Positions 18,166-26,440 of a stretch of 64,000 nt of DNA are shown here, one piece after another. The translations under genes and the position numbers were made by a program. Each line of letters opens with the position of its first letter. The stretch's first letter is position 1. The notes under the pieces were generated by a model. The model ran no database searches and was not told the DNA's origin. It saw only the letters and a program-made list of their open reading frames with translations. This DNA comes from Xanthobacteraceae bacterium (GTDB lineage Bacteria > Pseudomonadota > Alphaproteobacteria > Rhizobiales > Xanthobacteraceae). Where the stretch lies: the NCBI GenBank assembly GCA_035703785.1, contig DASSXN010000118.1, positions 40,202-104,201 on the forward strand. The letters run 5' to 3'.

Positions 18166-19068
18166 TCACGCTCTTTGCGTCAGCCGGAAGCCGGCAATCA
18201 CAATCACAAGCCCGACGAGCTGCGAAACGCTCGGCGCCTCGCCGATCGTGAAATATCCGATCAACAGCGTGAACGGCGGCACCAGCGAGGGAAACAGCAC
18301 GGCCCGGCTCGCGCCGAGCAAAACCACCGCGCGCGTGAACAGATAAATCGCGCCGGCGCCCGCCAGCGCACCCTGCACAACGGCCTGCATCGCATTCTCA
18401 TAAAATCCGGCGGCGAGCATATTGCCGAAGCTGAATAAAAGAATCGGCAGCCCGGCGAGCGAGAGCACGCTTGTGACCGCCGTCGCCCGAATCGCCCCAA
18501 TGCGCCAATGCCGCACCAGCACGCCGAAAATGGCGAAACAGCTTCCCGCCGCGACAAAGAGCAAATCGCCAACCACGCCATGGCCACCGATCGTGCGCAG
18601 CGCTTCGGCGCCGATCACCGCCAAGCCGATCACGATGACCGCGGCACCGGCAATGCGCCGTGGCGACAGCGGCTCTTTGAGCACCAGGCGCGCCAGAACC
18701 AGCCCGCCCAGCGCTGCGCATGATGGCTGAATGACGGCGCCGTGGCCGAGCGGCACCAGGACGTAGCCGACATAGCTCAAGAGCGCGAGCGGCAAGCCGC
18801 CAAACAGCGCCAGCGCCGTCGCGCGGGGAAGCCCGATCATGCGCAGATCGGCGAAATTGTTCTTGGCGACCAGCGGCAGGAGCGCAAATCCCGGCCACAC
18901 GAACCGGTGCAGCGCGATCACCAGCGGCGACAGGCCGGAGGTCACGCCCTGGCGCGCGGCGACAAAGCCCAGCGCCCAAAACAAGGCCGCGCCGGCGCCG
19001 CAAACGATCCCCCATGCGGTGGCGTGTTTTGCCGTCAGTATAGTCTTACTCTGCATGGGCACCGGCAT
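18166..19068 (-). CDS. DMT (EamA) family transporter
   Basis: About 10 TM helices arranged as two EamA-like halves. The start must lie below the modC stop at 19076 (ATG at 19068 or 19056). Confidence 0.8.
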   Translation of the reverse strand: MPVPMQSKTILTAKHATAWGIVCGAGAALFWALGFVAARQGVTSGLSPLVIALHRFVWPGFALLPLVAKNNFADLRMIGLPRATALALFGGLPLALLSYVGYVLVPLGHGAVIQPSCAALGGLVLARLVLKEPLSPRRIAGAAVIVIGLAVIGAEALRTIGGHGVVGDLLFVAAGSCFAIFGVLVRHWRIGAIRATAVTSVLSLAGLPILLFSFGNMLAAGFYENAMQAVVQGALAGAGAIYLFTRAVVLLGASRAVLFPSLVPPFTLLIGYFTIGEAPSVSQLVGLVIVIAGFRLTQRA

Positions 19069-19075
19069 GAAGCAA

Positions 19076-19753
19076 TCAGCTTGCGCCGGCAAGGAGTTCA
19101 AGCCCGCCGACAGCCAGGACACGCCCTTCGTCCAGCCGCACCACACTGGTCGCGATCTGGCGCAACTCACCGGCAATGTGGCTGACATAGACCATCGGAA
19201 TGGCGGCTTCATCGCGCAGCCGCATCAGATAAGGCAAGATTTCGCCTTTATGCCCGGCATCGAGTGACGCGAGCGGCTCGTCGAGCAGCAAAAGACGGGG
19301 CTGCATCAGCAAGGCGCGGCCGATGGCGACGCGCTGACGTTCGCCGCCTGACAGCATGCGCGGCCGGCGCTGGAGGAGATGGGTGATTCCGAGCAGTGAC
19401 GCGATTCGTTCGAATTCAGTTGGATTGCGCGGCCGGCCGCTCATGCGTCTGCCATAATCCAGGTTTTGCCGCACGCTCAAATGCGGAAACAGCCGTCCTT
19501 CCTGAAAAACACAGCCGATCTGGCGCCGGTGCGGCGGCACATTGATGGCCTTTGCGGCATCGAAAAGCGTCGTGTCGTCGAGCACAATGCAGCCGCGATC
19601 CGGTTTGAGCAGGCCCGCGATCATATTGACCAGCGAGGTTTTCCCGGCTCCCGACGGGCCGAACAGAGCGGTGACGCCGCCGGCGATCTGGAATCGCGCG
19701 GCAAGGGTAAGGGCGCCGAGCCGTTTTTCCACCTCGACCGCAAGCACGATCAT
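19076..19753 (-). CDS. modC: molybdate ABC transporter ATP-binding protein (short form, no TOBE domain)
   Basis: Walker A GPSGAGKTS, signature LSGGERQRV, Walker B LLLLDEP. ATGA overlap with the modB stop. Confidence 0.9.
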   Translation of the reverse strand: MIVLAVEVEKRLGALTLAARFQIAGGVTALFGPSGAGKTSLVNMIAGLLKPDRGCIVLDDTTLFDAAKAINVPPHRRQIGCVFQEGRLFPHLSVRQNLDYGRRMSGRPRNPTEFERIASLLGITHLLQRRPRMLSGGERQRVAIGRALLMQPRLLLLDEPLASLDAGHKGEILPYLMRLRDEAAIPMVYVSHIAGELRQIATSVVRLDEGRVLAVGGLELLAGAS

Positions 19754-20445
19754 TCCCCGTGAAAGCGCGCGCTGGCGCGCCGGCCGAGCCATTCGGCGGC
19801 AATCAGCGCGGCAAGCGACAAGACGATGGCGACGACGACCAGCCGTCCTGCCGCGGCGTCGCCGTCGGGAATTTGCAGGAATGTGTAGATCGCGGCAGAG
19901 ATCGTTTGCGTCTCGCCGGGAATGTTGGAGACAAAAGTGATCGTCGCGCCAAATTCGCCAAGCGCGCGGGCGAAGCACAACAACACTCCGGCGACGATGC
20001 CGGGTAGCGCCAGCGGCAGCGTTACGGTAAAGAACACCAAGGCAGGATTGGCGCCCAATGTCGCCGCCGCATCTTCGAGCCGGCGGTCGATCGCCTCGAG
20101 CGCGAGCCGGATCGGCCTAACCAGAAGCGGAAATCCCATCACGCCGGACGCGAGCGCCGCACCGGTCCAGCGGAACGCGAAAACTACGCCAAAATGATCA
20201 TAAAGAAACGCGCCGATCGGGCCCTTGCGGCCGAACCACATGAGCAACAGGTAACCGGTCACGACCGGCGGCAGTACCAGCGGCAAGTGAACCAGACCAT
20301 CCAATACGGTCTTGCCCCAGAACTTGCCGCGCGCCAAGAGCCAGCCGATGGCGATGCCGAACGGCAACGCCCATGCGGTCGCCACAAGCGCGATGCGGAG
20401 CGACAGTTCGACCGCGGTCCATTCCGCCGAAGAAAGCTCAAGCAT
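19750..20445 (-). CDS. modB: molybdate ABC transporter permease
   Basis: ARALGEFGATITFVSNIPGETQT EAA loop is typical of ModB. Sits between modA and modC. Confidence 0.93.
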   Translation of the reverse strand: MLELSSAEWTAVELSLRIALVATAWALPFGIAIGWLLARGKFWGKTVLDGLVHLPLVLPPVVTGYLLLMWFGRKGPIGAFLYDHFGVVFAFRWTGAALASGVMGFPLLVRPIRLALEAIDRRLEDAAATLGANPALVFFTVTLPLALPGIVAGVLLCFARALGEFGATITFVSNIPGETQTISAAIYTFLQIPDGDAAAGRLVVVAIVLSLAALIAAEWLGRRASARFHGE

Positions 20446-20457
20446 AACCGGCGCGGC

Positions 20458-21261
20458 TCACGAAATGGGCTTGATCAGAACGCGAAAGCCGTAGTGCTCG
20501 AAGATCGCCCGCGCGGTGGCCGAGCGCAGGAAAACGAGATAAAGCGCCGCGGCCGGCTTGGCAGTTCGCGTCGCCGCCGCGGGGTAGACGATCGGCTCGT
20601 GTGAATCCTCCGGAAAGGCGGCGATGACCTTCACCGCAGGCTCCACTTTGGCGTCGGTGGCGTAGACGATGCCGAGCGGCGCCTCGCCGCGCGCAACCAA
20701 AACGAGCGCGGCGCGGACATTGCCGACCATCGCCAGTTTCGGCTCGACCGCGTTCCACAGCCCGAGTTTTTGCAAAGCGGCTCTGGCGTAGATTCCGACC
20801 GGCACCGCGCGCACGTCACCCGTTGCAATGCGGCCGGCGCCAGCCAATCGGGCGAGATCGAGGCTGGGACCGATGGTCACATCGTCCAGCTTCGAATCTT
20901 TTCCGGCGATCAGGACGAGCGTGTTGCCGAGTAAATTCACGCGCGTGCCGTCATCGATAAGCTCTTTCTGCGAACCGTAATCCATCCATTTCTGATCGGC
21001 GGAAATGTAGACGTCCGCCGGAGCGCCTTGTTCGATCTGTTTCATCAACGCCGAGCTCGCGTCATAGCTGGCGACCACCGCGATGCCGGTTTGTTTGGCG
21101 AAAGCGGCATCGACGTCGTCAAGCGCGTTCTTCATCGACGCCGCGGCAAAGACCAAGATGGATCTGTCTTGAGCTTGTTGTTGTGCTTGCGCGGCAGGCG
21201 GCAGCACGCAAACTGCGAGCACGGCGGCGAGCGCCGCAAAAAGACCGGTTCGATGCAACAC
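20458..21261 (-). CDS. modA: molybdate ABC transporter substrate-binding protein
   Basis: Signal peptide followed by ILVFAAASMKNALDD and GEAPLGIVYATDA motifs typical of ModA. Confidence 0.93.
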   Translation of the reverse strand: MLHRTGLFAALAAVLAVCVLPPAAQAQQQAQDRSILVFAAASMKNALDDVDAAFAKQTGIAVVASYDASSALMKQIEQGAPADVYISADQKWMDYGSQKELIDDGTRVNLLGNTLVLIAGKDSKLDDVTIGPSLDLARLAGAGRIATGDVRAVPVGIYARAALQKLGLWNAVEPKLAMVGNVRAALVLVARGEAPLGIVYATDAKVEPAVKVIAAFPEDSHEPIVYPAAATRTAKPAAALYLVFLRSATARAIFEHYGFRVLIKPIS

Positions 21262-21494
21262 GACGGTTCTCCAATGCGCATGACGCGCTCAGGCACGCGC
21301 ACGATTGCGAATGCTGATATTGATCGCGGCCAGCTTTAAGGGAACCGTCGTTCCGGGCTGTGATCCGGCGCACGCACGGCGCGCCGTTGGCCGCCGATGA
21401 TGATAGGACCGCGAGCCGCGCCCGACAAGCGAGGCGCCAGTTTGCCAACCCGGGTTTGCCAACCCGGCCCCTTTTCCCTGCGGCGAACGCTGCT

Positions 21495-23225
21495 ATGTTG
21501 CGGCACGCATTGCGGGAGCGTGATGTGGCGCAAGAGCGAGTGACACAGGGGCAAGTGACACAAGGACAAGTGACACAGGGGCAAGTGACACAAGGCGAGC
21601 CGATCGACGGCGACTACGACTACATCATCGTCGGCGCCGGCTCGGCTGGTTGCCTGCTCGCCAATCGACTGTCCGCCGATCCCGCTAAACGCATACTGAT
21701 CCTCGAAGCCGGCGGCAACGACAACTGGATCTGGTTTCATATCCCGGTCGGCTATTTGTTCGCGATCGGCAATCCGCGTTCGGATTGGTGTTTCAAGACC
21801 GAGCCGGAGCCGGGACTGAACGGCCGCAGCTTGAACTATCCGCGCGGCAAAGTGATCGGCGGCTCCTCGGCGATCAACGCGATGATCTATATGCGCGGGC
21901 AGGCCGCGGACTACGACCATTGGCGGCAGCTCGGACTTAATGGCTGGGGCTGGGACGATGTGCTGCCGTTCTTCAAGCGCCACGAAAATCATTTCATGGG
22001 CGAAAGCGCCGCGCATGCGATCGGCGGCGAATGGCACATTGAAGCGCCGCGAGTGCGCTGGGATCTGCTCGACGCCTTTCGCGCCGCCGCCGAACAGGCC
22101 GGGATCAAATCCATCGCCGATTTCAATTGCGGCGACAACGAAGGCTGCTGCACCTTTCATGTCAATCAAAGACGCGGCCGGCGCGTGTCCGCAGCCCGCG
22201 CCTTTCTCAAACCTGTGCTTAAGCGCGCCAATCTGCGGCTGGAGACCGGCTGCCTGGTCGAAGGCTTGACCTTCGAGGGCCGGCGCGCCGTTGGCGTGCG
22301 CTGGCGGCAAGGTGGCGCGATGCGCAGCGCGCGCTGCCGTGGCGAAATCGTGCTCGCCGCCGGCGCGATCGGATCGCCGCAAATCCTGATGCTGTCCGGC
22401 ATCGGGCCCGCCGCGCATTTGCGCGATAACGGCATCGACGTCCTACTCGAACGGCCGGGCGTCGGCGCCAATCTGCAGGATCACTTGCAGCTCCGCATGA
22501 TCTACAAAGTCCAGGGCATCACCACGCTGAACGAGCGCTATCACGCGCCGCTCGGCTTTGTCCGCATGCTCGCCGAATATGCCCTGTTCCGGCGCGGTCC
22601 TTTGACCATGGCGCCGTCGCAGCTCGGCCTGTTCACGCGCTCCGATCGCGACCAGCCGCGCGCCAATCTGCAGTACCACATTCAACCGCTGTCGCTCGAT
22701 CGCTTCGGCGAGCCGCTGCACAAATTTCCGGCCTTTACCGCGAGTGTCTGCAACTTAAGGCCGACGAGCCGCGGCGCCTTGCGCCTGCGTTCGCGTGAGC
22801 CCGCCGATCCGCCGCTGATCAAACCCAATTATCTGTCGACCGACGAGGATCGGCGCATCGCCGCCAGCGCGATCCGGCTCACGCGGCGGATCGCAGCGCA
22901 ACCGGCGCTGGCGCGCTTTAACCCTGAGGAATACTTGCCCGGCGCCGCCGCTCGCGACGACGATGAAGCGGGACTGGTCAAGGCCGCCGGCGATATCGGC
23001 ACCACGATCTTTCATCCGGTCGGCACCGCGAAAATGGGCCTCTCCAGCGATCCAATGACTGTGGTCGACGAGCGCCTGCGCGTTACCGGCATCGAGCATC
23101 TGCGCGTTATCGATGCTTCGGTGATGCCGGCGATCACCTCCGGCAATACCAACGCGCCGACCATGATGATCGCGGAAAAGGGCGCCGCGCTGTTGCGCGA
23201 AGACGCCAAGGCGCTGGCGGCATGA
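21495..23225 (+). CDS. GMC family oxidoreductase (choline dehydrogenase-like)
   Basis: DYDYIIVGAGSAGCLLANRLS FAD motif and the C-terminal GMC signature HPVGTAKMG. The start is uncertain: ATG 21495, or any of the in-frame GTGs up to 21585. Confidence 0.9.
   Translation: MLRHALRERDVAQERVTQGQVTQGQVTQGQVTQGEPIDGDYDYIIVGAGSAGCLLANRLSADPAKRILILEAGGNDNWIWFHIPVGYLFAIGNPRSDWCFKTEPEPGLNGRSLNYPRGKVIGGSSAINAMIYMRGQAADYDHWRQLGLNGWGWDDVLPFFKRHENHFMGESAAHAIGGEWHIEAPRVRWDLLDAFRAAAEQAGIKSIADFNCGDNEGCCTFHVNQRRGRRVSAARAFLKPVLKRANLRLETGCLVEGLTFEGRRAVGVRWRQGGAMRSARCRGEIVLAAGAIGSPQILMLSGIGPAAHLRDNGIDVLLERPGVGANLQDHLQLRMIYKVQGITTLNERYHAPLGFVRMLAEYALFRRGPLTMAPSQLGLFTRSDRDQPRANLQYHIQPLSLDRFGEPLHKFPAFTASVCNLRPTSRGALRLRSREPADPPLIKPNYLSTDEDRRIAASAIRLTRRIAAQPALARFNPEEYLPGAAARDDDEAGLVKAAGDIGTTIFHPVGTAKMGLSSDPMTVVDERLRVTGIEHLRVIDASVMPAITSGNTNAPTMMIAEKGAALLREDAKALAA
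21540..21599 (+). repeat. 15-bp tandem repeat x4 (GTGACACAGGGGCAA / GTGACACAAGGACAA), in frame at the 5' end of the GMC oxidoreductase ORF
   Basis: Read directly from the sequence; also describable as a 30-bp unit x2. Each unit carries an SD-like AGGGG/AAGGA plus an in-frame GTG. Confidence 0.95.
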
Positions 23226-23797
23226 ACGCGTTCGTGCGCGCCAAGGCGATCCTGGTCGATCCGGCCGCGGCCTGGCGCGGAATCGAAAAGGATATCGGCG
23301 ATCCGGCCTATCTGCTGAGCCGCTATGTCGCCGTGCTGGCGCTGATCCCCGCCCTTTCCAGCTTTGTCGGTGCGACGCTGATCGGCGTGGTTACCCCTTC
23401 CGGCGTACTTCTCGCCGATCTCATCGACGGACTGTTCGGCGCGATCTTCAGTTACGCCACGAGCTGCGCCATTGTGCTGCTGCTCGGCCTGATCATTGAC
23501 CTTTTGGCGCCGCTATTCGGCGGCCGCCGCGATTTCGAAGACGCGTTCAAGCTCGCGGTCTACTCGTTCACACCGCTCTGGCTCGCCGGCATATTTCTGC
23601 TGCTGCCCGGCTTGCATTTTCTCCTGCTCACCGGCGTTTACGGCGTTTATCTGTTTTGGCTCGGGGCGCCGCGATTGACGAAAGTGCCCGAACAGCAAGC
23701 CGCCAATTTCACCGCGGTCGGTGTCGTCTGCGCTTGCGGCTTGTTGTATGCCGCGGCGCTGGCGCAGCGGATGCTTTTTGGAACGCCGGGATTGTGA
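23222..23797 (+). CDS. Yip1 domain membrane protein
   Basis: ILVDPAAAW..I......YLLSRYVAVLALIPA plus 5 TM helices. ATGA overlap with the upstream gene. Confidence 0.78.
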   Translation: MNAFVRAKAILVDPAAAWRGIEKDIGDPAYLLSRYVAVLALIPALSSFVGATLIGVVTPSGVLLADLIDGLFGAIFSYATSCAIVLLLGLIIDLLAPLFGGRRDFEDAFKLAVYSFTPLWLAGIFLLLPGLHFLLLTGVYGVYLFWLGAPRLTKVPEQQAANFTAVGVVCACGLLYAAALAQRMLFGTPGL

Positions 23798-23815
23798 ACC
23801 GTTTCCGCAGGTTCG

Positions 23816-23932
23816 TTTCCCGGACGCAGCGCGAGAGCGGTGCGCCGCAGATCCGGGATCGTTACGTATTCCAGAGTCTGTAAAGGTCCTGGTTCAGCAG
23901 CGCACCATTTCATGCTGCGCTGCACCCGGGAC
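23816..23932. repeat. REP-like hairpin cluster between convergent genes
   Basis: tcccgga..tccggga and cagcgca..tgcgctg..cccgggacac hairpins. This is the sequence type that yields spurious RSMKWCAAEPGP-like ORFs. Confidence 0.7.
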
Positions 23933-23944
23933 ACGAATTGGCGA

Positions 23945-24886
23945 TCACGGCGCCTGGGCGATCGATTTGCATGTCGGCGGCAAGCCGGCGAGCGTCAGCG
24001 GCGGCTTCGGCTTCGGGGGAAAAAGCGGCGGCGGCGGATGCAGGGTCGATTCCTTGAACCAGTAATCGAGCTCGTGACCGCAGCCATCGTTTTCATCCGG
24101 CGGCGGCTGTGGCTTGCAATCGGGACTATCCGCCGGACAAGCGATGCGAACGTGGAAGTGCTCGGCATGGCCGTACCACGGACGCACTTTCTCCAGCCAA
24201 TCGCGATCCGAGCCGGCCTCGCGGCACAGCGCTTTCTTGATCGCGGCATTGACGAAGATGCGGGTCACCGCCGGATCCTTGGCGGCGGCGCGGATCAGTG
24301 CGGCATAGGTGGGCGTCCAGATTTGCGGATCGACATCGAGAAGATTCGGCGCGACGATATCGGTCGCCGACGTGAATTCGCGCTCTTCGCGGCTTTGCAT
24401 ATGGTCCGGCATCGGCGTGAACCAGATGTCGGCGTCGAGCCCCACCTGATGGCTGGTATGGCCTGAGATCATCGGCCCGCCGCGCGGCTGCGACATGTCG
24501 CCGACCAGAAGGCCGTTCCAGCCGACTTTCTTGGCGTTGTTGGCAAAGCGCTCGATGAAGCGCACGAGATGCGGGTTGCCCCAGTTGCGGTTGCGCGACA
24601 GCCGCATGACTTGCCAGGACGGGCCGTCAACCGGCAGCGGCCTGGCGCCGGCGAGGCAGCCGTCGGAATAGCCGCCGATCGAGCGCGCAGGGCCGGGAAA
24701 CGGCGTCGGCTTGCGCGCGAAAAACTCCTTGGCCGGCGTCGCGGCGTCCGGATGTTCGAGCGGCGGCAGCGGCTCAGGATTGAGCGAGCCAGGCGGCGTC
24801 GGATCGATCAGGTGCTTTTCCTGCGCGGCGGCCGAACCGGCCAGCGCGAAAAGGAAAACGGCAACCAGGCGGGCAGCAGCGCGCAT
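23945..24886 (-). CDS. mepA: penicillin-insensitive murein endopeptidase
   Basis: Signal peptide, then SGHTSHQVGLDADIW and HAEHFHVRIACP zinc-ligand motifs typical of MepA. Confidence 0.9.
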   Translation of the reverse strand: MRAAARLVAVFLFALAGSAAAQEKHLIDPTPPGSLNPEPLPPLEHPDAATPAKEFFARKPTPFPGPARSIGGYSDGCLAGARPLPVDGPSWQVMRLSRNRNWGNPHLVRFIERFANNAKKVGWNGLLVGDMSQPRGGPMISGHTSHQVGLDADIWFTPMPDHMQSREEREFTSATDIVAPNLLDVDPQIWTPTYAALIRAAAKDPAVTRIFVNAAIKKALCREAGSDRDWLEKVRPWYGHAEHFHVRIACPADSPDCKPQPPPDENDGCGHELDYWFKESTLHPPPPLFPPKPKPPLTLAGLPPTCKSIAQAP

Positions 24887-24901
24887 CAGAGACTCTTCTT
24901 G

Positions 24902-25543
24902 CTATTGCGAATCTTCTTGTTGCGGATCTTTTTTATTGTCGGTCGTCGTCCTCTTGTTTCCGTCAGCGCGGTACGCGACGGCGCGCGCCCGGCGGCGATA
25001 CGCTGCCGCGAGTCGCGCGTTCTGTCCAGTTGCGAAGAGGTCGCTCTCCTCACCCGCACCTTCGAGAAGCCGGCGCTCGGTAACGCCGTGCGATTTGATT
25101 CCGCCGTCATGCAAGATGTGTCCGACCGTCGCACCGCGCGCCGCCAGCGCGCGGGCGACCAATAGACAGCGATGGCAGTCAAGCGGATCGCGCTCCGAAC
25201 ACATCAGGCATAGACAGCGCCGTCCGGCGTTGACAAGCAATCGATCGAGACCTTCCTGGAAGCTCGGCCGCCGCGCCATGGCCTCGTAATCGGCGACGCC
25301 GTCGCAATACAGCGACGGATCGCGCGGCCGGCCGCCGAGTTCATCGCCGAAGAACAGATAGCTCATGTTCGCGCCGGCCAAGAGCCGCGCCAGATTCTTC
25401 GCCGAAAACCACGGGCAGAACCGCGACGCGGGGACCGAGCGCACGTCTGCGACCGTCTCGACGCCGGCGGCGCGCAGCATCGCGGTAAAGCGTTCCGCCG
25501 GAATATTGGAGTGGCCGATGGTAAAGAGATCGAAGGCCGTCAT
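24902..25543 (-). CDS. DUF488 domain protein
   Basis: LFTIGHSN....F...L...GV..V.DVRS.P.SR and CLMCSERDPLDCHR motifs typical of DUF488. Confidence 0.85.
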   Translation of the reverse strand: MTAFDLFTIGHSNIPAERFTAMLRAAGVETVADVRSVPASRFCPWFSAKNLARLLAGANMSYLFFGDELGGRPRDPSLYCDGVADYEAMARRPSFQEGLDRLLVNAGRRCLCLMCSERDPLDCHRCLLVARALAARGATVGHILHDGGIKSHGVTERRLLEGAGEESDLFATGQNARLAAAYRRRARAVAYRADGNKRTTTDNKKDPQQEDSQ

Positions 25544-25560
25544 GGTTAGCTCAATCTTGC

Positions 25561-25762
25561 AGCAGCGTCATTGCGAGGAGCGCCAGCGACGAAGCAATCC
25601 AGACTCGCTAATTAACTGGATTGCTTCGCGGAGCTTGTCATCGGGCCGGCCACTTCCGCCTTCACGCTCCGCGCTTCGGCGGACTCAATACCCGCCGAAG
25701 CTCGCTGAGCGAGCGAAGGCGGGTCGGGCCGGACCCGTTGGCTCGCAATGACAGGTGCTGCT
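25561..25762. repeat. MITE/REP-like nested-hairpin element with terminal inverted repeats
   Basis: Termini are gcgtcattgcgag ... ctcgcaatgac. Internal perfect hairpins are gaagcaatccag/ctggattgcttc and gcttcggcgg/ccgccgaagc. Confidence 0.75.
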
Positions 25763-25872
25763 GCGCTGCGCCCGGGAAAAACAGATACATAAAGACATTT
25801 TGCTCGCGGTAACCGCTTTACAAGCACTTCGCGCTACGTACTGATTTTGCCTAACGGCTGTCGGGCCCTGCC

Positions 25873-26295
25873 ATGCGTCCTTTGTGCTGCGTACTGGCCG
25901 CGCTGGTATTGATTGTCGCGCTGACGAGAAGCGCCAGCGCCGCCATCGTCGTCGAGATCGACCGCGCGGTACAGCGCATGGCGGTGACCGTCGACGGAGC
26001 GCCGCGCTACAACTGGCGCGTCTCCACCGCGCGGCGCGGTTACATCACCCCGCCCGGCACCTATCACCCCGAAATGCTGGCGCGGCACTGGTTCTCCCGC
26101 AAATATTACAATTCGCCGATGCCGCATTCGATCTTCTTCTACGGCGGCTTCGCCATTCACGGCAGTTACGAGATTTCGCATCTCGGCCGTCCCGCCTCGC
26201 ATGGCTGCGTGCGGCTTGATCCCGGCAACGCCGCGATCCTGTTCGGCCTCGTCCAGCACGAAGGCATGGCGGCGACCACGATCGTGATTCATTAG
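25873..26295 (+). CDS. L,D-transpeptidase (YkuD) family protein
   Basis: Signal peptide followed by the catalytic motif IHG...GRPASHGCVRL. Confidence 0.9.
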   Translation: MRPLCCVLAALVLIVALTRSASAAIVVEIDRAVQRMAVTVDGAPRYNWRVSTARRGYITPPGTYHPEMLARHWFSRKYYNSPMPHSIFFYGGFAIHGSYEISHLGRPASHGCVRLDPGNAAILFGLVQHEGMAATTIVIH

Positions 26296-26440
26296 CCCGC
26301 ATCGCGAAGAAGCTCGCTTGCTGCGCCTGCGGCAGTGCAACCGCTTTATGAACACCCGTAAATGGCCAGGTGCCGGCGGTACATTGAAACTCTTGTTTGA
26401 GACAAGCGTTTAAGGAGGGGGCGCGACGTGGAGGAAATCC

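Noticed and set aside
21262-21360. Moco riboswitch or ModE (Mo-box) operator upstream of modA
   Set aside because: I could not find the conserved Moco-motif elements (CCGAGCC, AAAGG and CCUCC pairings). The only candidate dyad, CGATTGCGAAT-GCTG-ATATTGATCG (21302-21326), matches the remembered ModE consensus only at its CGAT/ATCG ends, which is too weak to call.
21336-22418. 360-aa minus-strand ORF including the CHLPLCHLSLCHLPLCH repeat
   Set aside because: It is antisense to the GMC oxidoreductase gene. The Cys-His repeat is only the reverse-strand reading of the 15-bp tandem repeat.
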